Origin: Lama guanicoe
Taxonomy: Eukaryota
Direction: 5' to 3'
DNA length: 64,000 nt
Assembly: GCA_013239625.1 (NCBI GenBank)
Contig: MU053065.1
Span: forward strand, 62,001-126,000
Part shown: piece after piece, positions 51,464-61,577 of the stretch
Layout: every line of letters begins with the position of its first letter
Position numbering within the stretch: position 1 is the first letter of the stretch
Notes under the pieces: generated by a model
What the model saw: the letters and a program-made list of their open reading frames with translations, nothing else
Databases searched by the model: none
Told to the model about the DNA's origin: nothing
Made by a program: the position numbers and the translations under genes

Positions 51464-51664
51464 CGGGGGTAACAACTTTGCGCTGGCGGCGGCGGCCGCG
51501 GATTGGCTGCCAGGCCAGGCCCGTCTCCGCGGTCCCTCCCGCCCCCGCAGCCCGGAAAAGGCGGCGTGAGGGCCATTTTACACGGGCTCCCGAGCGCGGC
51601 CGCCGGATGCCGGGCTCCGGGCTCGGCCCGCGGTGACGCTGCAGAACAATAGCGCCCCGGCCGC

Positions 51665-51684
51665 CGCGCGCGCGCGCGCGCGCG
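51665..51684. repeat. (CG)10 dinucleotide repeat
   Basis: Twenty nt of pure alternating CG. Confidence 0.95.
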
Positions 51685-52842
51685 GGGAAGGGTCCGGGGC
51701 TCGGGGCAGGCGCCGGGGGAGCCTCCTGCCCGCACCCCGCCCCTGGCGCCCACTCGGGGGCCTCCTGCCCGCCGCCCAGCCCGGCGCCCCGGTCCCCGCC
51801 CGGCATGCGGCCGCGGCCGCTGCAGAGCGGCTCCCAGCAGAGCACGTTTGCCTGCGCGTCGCGAAGGCCCCTGAAAGAGCTGTGCACGGAATGCACGTCG
51901 TTTTCAGCCTAGGGAGCTGTAACTCCTTGGGAGGAGAGGGGGGAAAAATTTAGACTTGGTTAGCCTAAGTACTACTGTTTGTGCAGAAAATAAAAATCAA
52001 ATAATGATGTTAGCGCGCCAATGAAAAACAATAGGCATCCTTTTCTACTCCCCACCCACCCCACCTCCTTAAAAACTGTTCCAGAAGCCTTTACCAGCTG
52101 ACAGAACCCTACCATTCTGCCTTACAAACAAAATGGCTGTGGTTCTGAGTTTTTTTGGGATCCTCCCACTGTGGCTCCTCCTGGCCTCCAGGAAGTGGTA
52201 AAAATCCAAAATAAATACAGCACTAAAAGTACATTGTCCAGGCTGGACTCTGGGGAAGCCTTCGGTAAGGGGGCCTCAGAAATATGCTGCTTTTTATTAG
52301 GTTTTTTTTTTTTAATTTTTGCTTTGAAAAGAACATCAATCACGAGAGATTTACTTGACTGTAATTTGAACTTCCTGCTTTACATATTTATAAGGGCTTT
52401 CGCCTATCTTGTCATGCTTTCAAATTAAGTGGGCTGGGAAATTTGATGCTCCGGGTCTAGTTGGGAGCTGAGTCAGGCATTTTGGTGGTTGCAACTGGGC
52501 TTTTGAATAAAAACCAAGTCGAAAACTTAAAAAAATAAACAAATAAAAATTAATAATAATAATAACAACGTTAAATGAATGCTACAGGACGATGGATTGC
52601 AAATGCAAAGCCACAAAAGTCAGCAAATATCGAAATGTGTCAAATACTGCATATATGTGTTAATTGAACAGGTTCAGTATAAAATTCCTTGCCAGCTAAA
52701 TTTCTAGGGCGCCAAGGATAGAAGAGAGTTTAAGGGAATTGGCTGAAAAAATGGGAGTGAGCAGGTACCTATATTCTACAAACCCCTTCCCCCACACCCC
52801 TGTCATACACACACGGTCTGGTAGCTCTATACCCACTTAGAA

Positions 52843-53137
52843 TTTTTTTTAATTTTTATTATTTTTATTTATTTATTTATTTATTTATTTTTGTAGTTTT
52901 TTCTTATGTATATTTTTATTGAAGTACAGTCAGTGTACAATGTTCTGTCAATTTCTGGTGTACAGCACAACGCTCCAATCACATAGGAACATACATATAT
53001 TTGTTTTCATATTATTTTCCATCATAGGTTATAGTTCCCTGTTATACAGTATAAATTTATTGTTTATCTGTTTTACATATATTAGTTAGTATCTGCAAAT
53101 CTAGAGCTACACATTTATCCCTTCCCACCTCCCCCCT
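52843..53137 (-). mobile_element. L1 3' end with (TTTA)n tail
   Basis: TTTTATTGAAGTACAGTCAGTGTACAATGTTCTGTCAATTTCTGGTGTACAGC…TTTATCCCTTCCCACC. Confidence 0.88.
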
Positions 53138-53799
53138 AGCATTTAATAGATGACTTTCTTAAAGAGCTCTAACTACAGTGACTGTATAATTTATTGTCTA
53201 AACTAGGATATTTCTGAGAGTAAACGTTTTACTTTGTAGTCTCAACAGTAGTTATCTGATGAGAGTAAATTTCAACGACATTTATGTGATTATAATCAGG
53301 ACAACACGCTTAGGAAGTCATGTAATGAAGAGAGTAGACTAAAATTCTTGAGAAATTTTTAAGCAGTTTTCCTTTTAATAGAAAAAAATTGCTAGGGGCC
53401 ATCCATATTCACTATGTACCATTTTGTCTTTCCCCCACCCCAGCCGTGTCCTCTCCTCTTTTCTCCCTTTGCCCACCCTGATATATACATGAACATTCAT
53501 ATATGTCTACATACATACAGTTAGACATATATAATTATATGTGTACATCCATAAAGACAGCTAGGGATGTACATGTGTATATATATTTTTATTATCCACA
53601 TGGTAGAATATTCTGTGCATTTTCCACAGTATGCATATTTCTAGTTTATACACTTCTCTATGGCAGAATTTTCGTCAGAGTTTTTTAGACAATATTCATG
53701 ATATACATAATTTGAACATCTTTGGTTTTGGTAAAAGTAAAATGTTGTGTGAGATGTTTTGGAAAAATTATCACTGAAAGATGTAAGATAAATAATTCT

Positions 53800-54240
53800 C
53801 ATGTTGTTTATTCAAATAGTTCTTGAGGGTTTAGAAAGTGCTGGGTGGGATGCTCGGTGCTACATACACATTAATGAACAAGCCGGCAGTTTTTCTCCTC
53901 CTTCGTGAAGCTCATCGTCTAGGAAGAAGACAGAAATAAGCAAGTAAACAAATACATAATTGCAAGTTATAATTGCTTCTAAAGGAATAAACAGAGTGTG
54001 GTCTTCCAGAAAAACAGGAAGGAAACACACAGAGAAGGTGGTAAGGAAAATTGTTTCTAAGCACATGGCATTGAAGCTAGGAGGAGGAGAAAGAGCCAAA
54101 CTTTAAAAATACAGGAGAAATAGCCTACCAGGAAGTGGTTACAATGTGTGCAAAGGTCCTGATGCAGAATGGAGCTTGGCGTGTTCCAAGAAGGAAAATG
54201 AGGCCCATGGCCGTGCAGCACCAGGAGAGAAAGGGACAAT
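53800..54240 (-). mobile_element. L2 LINE remnant
   Basis: TTTATTCAAATAGTT…GAAGCTCATCGTCTAG…TGTGCAAAGGTCCTGATGCAGAATGGAGCTTGGCGTGTTCCAAGAA. Confidence 0.65.
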
Positions 54241-54270
54241 GATAACAGGGGAGATCAGAAATGTGGTGAT

Positions 54271-54707
54271 TGGTGGGCCAACTGACGTCCTTAAAGCCCA
54301 ACAACCCCATTTCTGGACTCTCAGAGGTCTCCCTGCGGTCCCTCAACAGGTAAAGTACATTCTTACTGGGCATGTTTCCCCTAACAAACTACTAGCCCCA
54401 GATAATGCATACCTTCTAAGAGTCATAAACCCCACTGCCCTTCACGGACCCTAAACCTCCTCACCTACAGCCAATTAGATACTTGGGCACAAGCCAATCA
54501 GGCACCTTCTGGCCCGACCTTATGAAAGACCCCAACAACCGGCCCTCAGCGCTCACGCGGGCACCCCTCGTCTGTGTGGCCCGTCAATGTCTATGACAGC
54601 GCACCTCAGTAAACTCTTTCCTGGTCTCATACTTTGTCTCTGGTAAATTATTTTACCACCCACATGTCACTGGCTCACCGACCGGCTCCGCATTATGACC
54701 CACAACA
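54271..54707 (+). mobile_element. ERV solo LTR
   Basis: TG…CA termini, internal CCAAT boxes, AGTAAA poly(A)-like signal, and a near-identical 5-bp flank GTGAT/GTGAC. Confidence 0.7.
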
Positions 54708-56120
54708 GTGACATCCTGCCGAAATCTGTAAGCTACAGAAAGGAGTTCCATAGCTAAACAAGTGAGTAAAACGTTGGGATTTGAGAGCTTGGCGGTTTCA
54801 GTATCCAGAGAAGCTGTGGGCAAGTAGAGAAAAAGTCCATGCTAATTTTGAATTTACATAGCTGCAGCACAGTGTTTTGGTATTATATTTTTAAAAATCC
54901 ACATTTCATCTGCACTGTTACAACCATTGATTATGACTCAGTTCATAAATAAATATGAGCAAGAAACAAATGTCTAAGATCACACATATTACAGTAAAAT
55001 CAGAAGGAAGAAATCAGGCAACTGCCTCAGTTTTGTACTTCTTTTCAGTAGTGTTGATTTTGGTATATTTTTATTCAGAAAAACTCACATTTCATACCCG
55101 TTGAACAATGCTCAATTACCAGTTTTTTTTAAACAAATGAGGCAAAGCATGATTAAAGCTAGAATTTAACTAATATAACTGGAATAAAAACAGTTATTCT
55201 TTTTGAATTTGCTAACCGGTTGTTAGCAAACAAAATCCTATGTCTCCATGGGCAGAAACAATCTGTTCAATGTCTTAGACTCTAAGAAAAATTTAAAGAG
55301 CAGGCCAAATCAGTGAGGTCTAATCCCTTGAATGAGCTTTGATAGTAATAGGAATCTTTACACTATTAAAATTATGAGCCAATTAGATAATGCAGCTTCT
55401 TAAGATCTTCCCCGCTCAGAACTGTATGGGCAGGGAAGATATAATTTAAAAATACTAATGTGATGTATTATCACAATCATCCCATAATCAATACAATCAT
55501 ATTTTGCAATGAAATATATAATCAGTCACACTTATGACCTAGTTCAGGTCAGCTTTTGTCACCAAACAGATACAGTAACTTTTGAGGAAGATTTCGCTTT
55601 TCAGAGATTGGGAGAATTCGTCATTGTGGATATAGGACTGTGCAACTGTGGACTTCAACCCCCTTCAGGTTGTTACTTTTAAAAAAGTATTCTTAAACTT
55701 AAATCAAAACTTAGAATCCTAATAATTATGCACAGAGTGACAATTTGGAAACTGCCAGATTTCCATCTGTGGGTCTGCTGGATTAACAAGTTTCTTTAGT
55801 TATTTGTGAGGTCTTGGGCAAATACAATTTCCCCCATATTTTCCTTCTTAAGAGAAGTGGAAGTTCAGCTTTTTTGGCAAAGTGTTTTAAAGCAGTACCT
55901 TATTCAAATGTTTTAATACTATGTCTTTAGCAGGGATGATGAGCGTTTGCTTCAGAACTCTTTATCCATCATGGGATGATTTTAGATCACCTTCATCCGT
56001 TGTGGGTGCATGAAGTGGCATTTTCAAGAAGGGTCATTCCCAGGAGCAGCTTGTAACCATTAGTGTGGGCAAGACTGCTCACTGACCAACCAGTATCCAC
56101 CTTCCCTCCCTCCCTTCTTC

Positions 56121-56296
56121 TTTTTTTTTTTTTTTAATTAGAATGTAGTTGACTTGCAGCGTTAGTTTCCGGTGTACAGCAAAGTGATTCAGTTACACAT
56201 ATACATACTCATATATATTTTCTTTTCCCTTATATGTTATTATAAGAAAGTGAATATAGTTCCCTGTGCTCTACAGGAGGTCCTTGTTGTTTATCC
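56121..56296 (-). mobile_element. L1 3' end fragment
   Basis: Poly-T followed by TAGTTGACTTGCAGCGTTAGTTTCCGGTGTACAGCAAAGTGATTCAGTTA…TAGTTCCCTGTGC. Confidence 0.85.
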
Positions 56297-56834
56297 TTCC
56301 TTTCTTACTAATAAAATTGGATTTTATATTGAGTTTGCCACCCACACCTGGGCTCCCCACACAGTTTTAAGCAGAGAGATTCGAGCAGAGATCATTGGGC
56401 ACAGCTTCCAAGAAAGCCTGCAAAAGGGGCTGACTCAACCGGAGGTGCCCTTTGCTCCTCAGCCACGCCCTCTTCCCGCTGGGGGTGTGGCCGCCACACC
56501 TGGGCAGAGTCAGGAGCTATAATTTGCCAACAAGGGACAGCTCATGGCCCAGGGTAACTGAACAGAAGGGAGAAAGCTAGGTTCTCTGCGAAGCCTCCCT
56601 ACTACGTGGATTTTTTTTTTTAACGAGAGAAGAGAGAAAGCATAATTGGTTGAAAGCACTGTTTCATGGGCTCTCTTCCTCACAGCTAAATGCAGTTCCT
56701 CGTACAATTAGTGTGAGTAATCTTCAAAGTATTGTCTCTGTGAAATTCAGCTTCTTTTTAATTGCTGTGTAATACTAGGCTGAGAAAGAGAACTGGGGGA
56801 GGGGGGCCTTTATGGAATACAAGAAATCTGTCTT

Positions 56835-56926
56835 GTTCATGTATAACTGAAAAATTGTGCTCTACACTGGAATTTGACACAACATTGAAAAATGACTATA
56901 ACTCAATAAAAAAATGTTAAAAAAAA
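56835..56926 (+). mobile_element. Very short (~90 bp) young L1 3' end
   Basis: Perfect 14-bp TSD AAGAAATCTGTCTT (56821-56834, 56927-56940), AATAAA and A-tail. Confidence 0.93.
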
Positions 56927-57197
56927 AAGAAATCTGTCTTAATCTGAATTGTAATTACACAGATATGAGATATGCATTTAGGTATGTAAATGCATTGCCA
57001 TATATGTACACATACATCATGTATGTAAAAATTATTGAGCCGTATCTTGATTAGCACACTGAATATGTTTTATTGTATGTTATCTCAATTCAGGAAAGCT
57101 ATTTTAGTATATGACAGTGATGGAGTTTGAGAATTTGAATATACACATTGTCAAAGAGCTGGGCAGATGGAATTCTTTTTAAAAATATTCAATAATC

Positions 57198-57302
57198 TTT
57201 TTTTTTTTTAATTTTTTTTCCCTAATGGAGGTACTGGGGATCGAAGCCAGGAGCTCCCACGTGCTAAGCACACACTCTGAAACTGAGCTACACCCCACCC
57301 CC
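57198..57302 (-). mobile_element. Vic-1-type SINE
   Basis: Poly-T, AATGGAGGTACTGGGGATCGAAGCCAGG…CTGAGCTACACCCCACCCC; flanks AATAATCT. Confidence 0.88.
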
Positions 57303-57882
57303 GTAATAATCTCTTTGTTCTAAGCGCCTAAGACAACTACCCATTTCTCTCATTAAAAAATGGTTCTATTCATTTATGTTTCCTCTACTTATGCTCTTCT
57401 ATTCATATGTTTCCCTGTAATCATGCTGCTGGTGCAGTGTTCTAGAACCACATATTACATCACCACTCACTCTCTGAATATTCTTTTTCTTATTTGACAG
57501 CTGTATGCATGCCTCCATCAGCAACAAGCATCTTCATTTTATGAACCCTAAATCTTGGGTCACTCACGTTTCTTATTCCTAAATGACTTATCAGAATCCT
57601 AGGCTCTGTGGTAACTGACCTATTGTGGACCTAGTGGATGTGAAATGGCTTAACAGCAGAACTCCAGGTTGGAGTGTTTTTGTAGTATGTTACTGGAAGT
57701 ATCATAGTAAAAACACAACCAAGAGCAATTTTTCTTCTAGTATCCAATGTGAAAGCTACTCTTTTTGCTATTAAAAAAAGGCTGGACTGTGTAGAACTCC
57801 TTCGCACCCTACCTGGGATGGGAAGGTAGTGATGAAAAAAAAAATCATACATCAACAGAGATCATACTTCTTAAAATGTCAG

Positions 57883-58720
57883 TGTTGGTTGTCATCAAAG
57901 AAATGCAAATCAAAACAAGATATCACCTCACACCTGTCAGAATGGCTATCATCAAAAACTCTACAAATAACAAATACTGGTGAGGATGTGGGAAAAAGGG
58001 AACCCTAGTACTCCATTGGTGGGAATGTAAATTGGTACAGCCACTATGGAAAACAGTATGGAAGTTTTTCAAAAATCTAAAAACAGAACAATCACGTGAT
58101 CCAGCAATTCCACTCCTGGGTATATATTTGAAGAAAATGAAAACACTAGTTCGAAAAGATACTTGTACCCCAATGTTCATAGCAGCATTATTTACAGCAG
58201 CCAGATACGGAAGCAATCCAAGTGCCCACCAACAGATGAATGAAGAAGTTGTGGTGTGTACATACATGGAATACCACTCAGCCATAAAGATGAATGAAAC
58301 TCTGCCATTTGCAACAATGTAGTGGACTTACAGGGCTTCGGGCTTAGTGAAATAGTCAGACAGAGAAAGACATAGTGTGTGAGGTCACGTATATATGGAA
58401 TGTAAAAAAAAGTTTTAAATAAATGAATATAACAGAAGAGAAAAAGACACAGATATCGAGAACAATCCAGTGGTTAGCAGTGCAGAGAGGGAGCGGGAGG
58501 GGCAGGGCAGGGACAGGGGACTAAGACACACAAGCTACCACATATAAAATAAATAAGCAACAAGGATACACTGTACAGCACTGGGAAATACAGCTGTTAT
58601 CTTATAATAACTTTAAATCAAATATAATCTATAAAAATGTTGAATCACTATATTGTACAACTGAAATGAATATAATATTGTAAATCAACTATACTTTAAA
58701 GAAAAGTCTTATTTACTTTA
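57883..58720 (+). mobile_element. 5'-truncated L1 (ORF2 C-terminus plus 3'UTR)
   Basis: [11 protein letters not shown]…[10 protein letters not shown]…[15 protein letters not shown]2 motifs; direct repeat AAAATGTCAG at 57873-57882 and 58721-58730. Confidence 0.92.
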
Positions 58721-58794
58721 AAAATGTCAGAACTGCATGGCTTCATGAGGCCAAAGAAGAACTGGAATAGAAATAGCAATAGAAACACAGGTAT

Positions 58795-58930
58795 AGAGCG
58801 GGTGTATCTCAGGGGTACAGCACGTGCTCCTCACACACAAGGCCCTGTGCTCAATCCCCAGTACCGCCATTAAAAAATAAATAAACAAACCGTATAAATA
58901 CCCCACCCCCAAAAAAATTTTAAAAAAGAA
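58795..58930 (+). mobile_element. Vic-1-type SINE (diverged)
   Basis: GGGTGTATCTCAGGGGTACAGCACGTGC…GCTCAATCCCCAGTACCGCCATTAAAAAATAAATAAAC. Confidence 0.8.
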
Positions 58931-60105
58931 ACACACACAATTGGTAAAGACTCTCGATTAAAGTATGAGCCTGAACAATCATAGAAAAGAGAAACAAGAA
59001 TTTTTAGTAAGAGATCATTAAAGCTTCCGCACAAGAGAGACCACTTACTGTTATGGAATATGAATCATGATTGGAACAGAAAAAGAGCAAACCATTCAGG
59101 CCCAGGATGACAAAGGAGGAGGCATTTAATAGGCTCAGACTGTGAATTATTTCTCTAGCTGTATCTAGCTAAGAATTCTTCTGTCCTTCACACGGAAGGA
59201 GAGAGGGTTGGTGTTAATGACAGAAACTCCACAGGTGGTTTATTGTATTTTAGTATTTAGTCAGTTATTCTTAATGAATCCTACTGCCTATATTGTATTG
59301 CATTTAAAAAATACTGTAGGCACTGAGATAAGTTACGTTTGGGGACTGAATAGCTCTCAACTGACAATTGCCATCGAACTTCTGGTGCTCAGAGTAGGTG
59401 GCGAGCAGAAGCAGCTCCTCTTACAGAAAATGTGCTTTTTCGAAGCTTATTCCTGTCTGGCTGGGTTAACACCTCACGGGGCCTCCCAGTGGGAAGCAGG
59501 GGGCCTTTATTTTGCTCATAAGTGCGCCTCGTAAAAGACAAGCAGTTCTTGCAAAGCTGGATTGCTGGTGTGATGATTCATTGCAACCTTTTGACCATTG
59601 AAAGAAGCATTACTTGGCACAGATGTGAGATTAAAATATATATCTTTGTAATCAACAGACTACTATCCAGTGTCAAATCTGGCTTTCACATTTTCTTGTT
59701 GATAAAAATCAGTACTAGTCTAAGTGACCTGTACTCTTTTCTTGCATAGCATTCTCTTCTATTGCTTTTATTTTCTTTCCCAGGTGGTAAACGTAGTGTA
59801 AACTTGTTCCCAGCCACTTGGAAGGGACGGAGACACGTACTGAAGCCCACACTACCCGCCTGCAGTCCTGCTTCTTTCCATCTCTTTCTTTCCACAGCCT
59901 TTCCTTGTACTTCTTTTTGGGTTGGCGAACTTTCAGAATAAAGGGTGCCAAGTCAGAGACCCCTATTATATAACTGAACAAGTGTGTGGAGTAGCAGCCA
60001 CAAAAGTGACTCAGACAGAAAAGATTACATAATTAACACGTTTGCACCCTCCTTTGATAAAGGGCCGAGATTTTGCAAGAGGCATTGGAAAACTGTCCCT
60101 TAAAC

Positions 60106-60619
60106 TGTTACTGAACTAAAGTTCCTACGCCCGATGCACAGTGAGGCCAAACAAGGTGAAACGTCAGGGTTTGGAGTAGAGAAAGGTTGACTGCAGGGCC
60201 GAGCAAGGAGGATGGGTGGCTCGTGCTCAGAGAAACCTGAACTCCTCGATGGTTTTCAGGGAGAAATTTTTATAGGCACCATTTGGCATGTGTGATTTTC
60301 TTCTGATTGGCTGGTGGTGAGATACCAGGGCAGCGTCCGAGGAATTTCTTGTGATCAGCCTGAAGTTGCCGTCCTTCAGAGTGGGGACCTCAGTTCCAGC
60401 AGAAGAACTCAGAGGTACTGTTATGTATATTCCTGCGGAAGAACTGGGCCTCTGCCGCCTTTGTTTCTCCCTTCCCTGAAGAGCAACTGACTAAAACTGT
60501 CCTATGAAATCAGGGGAGCTCAAGGAGGCTGAATGAAGCCTATCTCCTACAGACAAGAGATGGGGGCCTTGGGAAGGATATGTACTGGGGAGAACCCCAC
60601 AGGGTCCTGCTTTGTTTCA
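60106..60619 (-). mobile_element. ERV1-type solo LTR
   Basis: TGTTACTGAAC…TTTGTTTCA termini, internal TTCTGATTGGCTGGTGGTGAG and TTTTTATAGG (CCAAT and TATA on minus). Confidence 0.75.
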
Positions 60620-60989
60620 TTGTAGTTCTAAATCATTTGTAAAATCACAAGTATAAATTACTTAATCAAATAATCAGATTGCTTTCTTGCTTCTTAATCA
60701 CTTACTAAGACCAGCTGAGCTGGATCCACTTTTTTTTTTAATGGTCTATCTTCTTTTTTTATTTGTTCTAGAATAACTTATAGCACTTTTTTTCATTTTT
60801 CATTTTTATTAGGTAGAATTGTTACAATTTGACTGTACATACACAGTATATTGCATGTAAATACATACACGCAATATACTGTGCATTTTTTAAAATTTAC
60901 ATATATATACTGTTCATTGTTTCTAAGAATGTTTAAAGCTTTAGCTTTTTAAACTTACATAGTTATCAAAGCAATAAAGCCAACCACAA

Positions 60990-61435
60990 GATAAGAATTC
61001 AAAAAGACACATACACCCCACTATTAACAGCAACATTATTTATAACTGCCAAGATATGGAAGCACCCTAAGTGCACATCAATAGGTGAATGGATAAAGAC
61101 AATGCAGCACATACACACAATGGAATACAACTCACTCATAAGAAAGAAGGATATTTTGACATTTGCGGCCCTCCATTCACTTTTTTTTTCCACTTCAAAA
61201 ACCAGAATTTTGTAACTGGCACAAACATTTCCACTGCATCAAAAACAACAAAATACCTAGAAATAAACTTAACCAAGAAGGCTACCTATACTCGGAAAAC
61301 TGTAAAACACTGATGAAGGAAATTGAAGATGATACAAAGAAATGGAAAGATATCCTGTGCTCTTGGATTGGAAGAATCAACATTATCAAAATGGCCGCAG
61401 TACCCAAATCTGTAGACTTACAGATCCAATGCCTA
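60990..61435 (+). mobile_element. Two L1 ORF2 fragments in permuted order
   Basis: 60990-61165 matches the extreme ORF2 3' end; 61215-61435 matches an upstream RT-distal part ([35 protein letters not shown]). Confidence 0.8.
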
Positions 61436-61440
61436 TAGCA

Positions 61441-61577
61441 TTTTATTTCTTTTATTTTTTGGAGGGGGAAGGTAATAGATTTATTTATTTATTTAATGGA
61501 AGCACTAGGGTTGAACCCAGGACCTTGGTTGTGCTAAGCATGTGCTCTACCGCTGAGCTATGTACCCTTCCCCCCCA
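61441..61577 (-). mobile_element. Vic-1-type SINE
   Basis: TTGAACCCAGGACCTTGGTTGTGCTAAGCATGTGCTCTACCGCTGAGCTATGTACCC. Confidence 0.88.

Larger units (their letters stand above)
51340..51900. promoter_or_regulatory. EPC1: CpG island: candidate distal alternative EPC1 promoter
   Basis: High CpG density; CCAAT box (CAGCCAATC on minus, 51501-51509); YY1 motif (AAAATGGC on minus, 51572-51579); a strong minus-strand donor just downstream at 51202. Confidence 0.82.

Noticed and set aside
51144..51953. Several 100-250 aa ORFs over the distal CpG island
   Set aside because: GC-driven ORFs in multiple frames with no recognisable domain; only the parts inside the candidate exon are discussed, as uORFs.
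55208..55230. 9-bp inverted repeat TTTGCTAAC-N5-GTTAGCAAA
   Set aside because: Within chance expectation for 64 kb of AT-rich DNA, with no supporting context.
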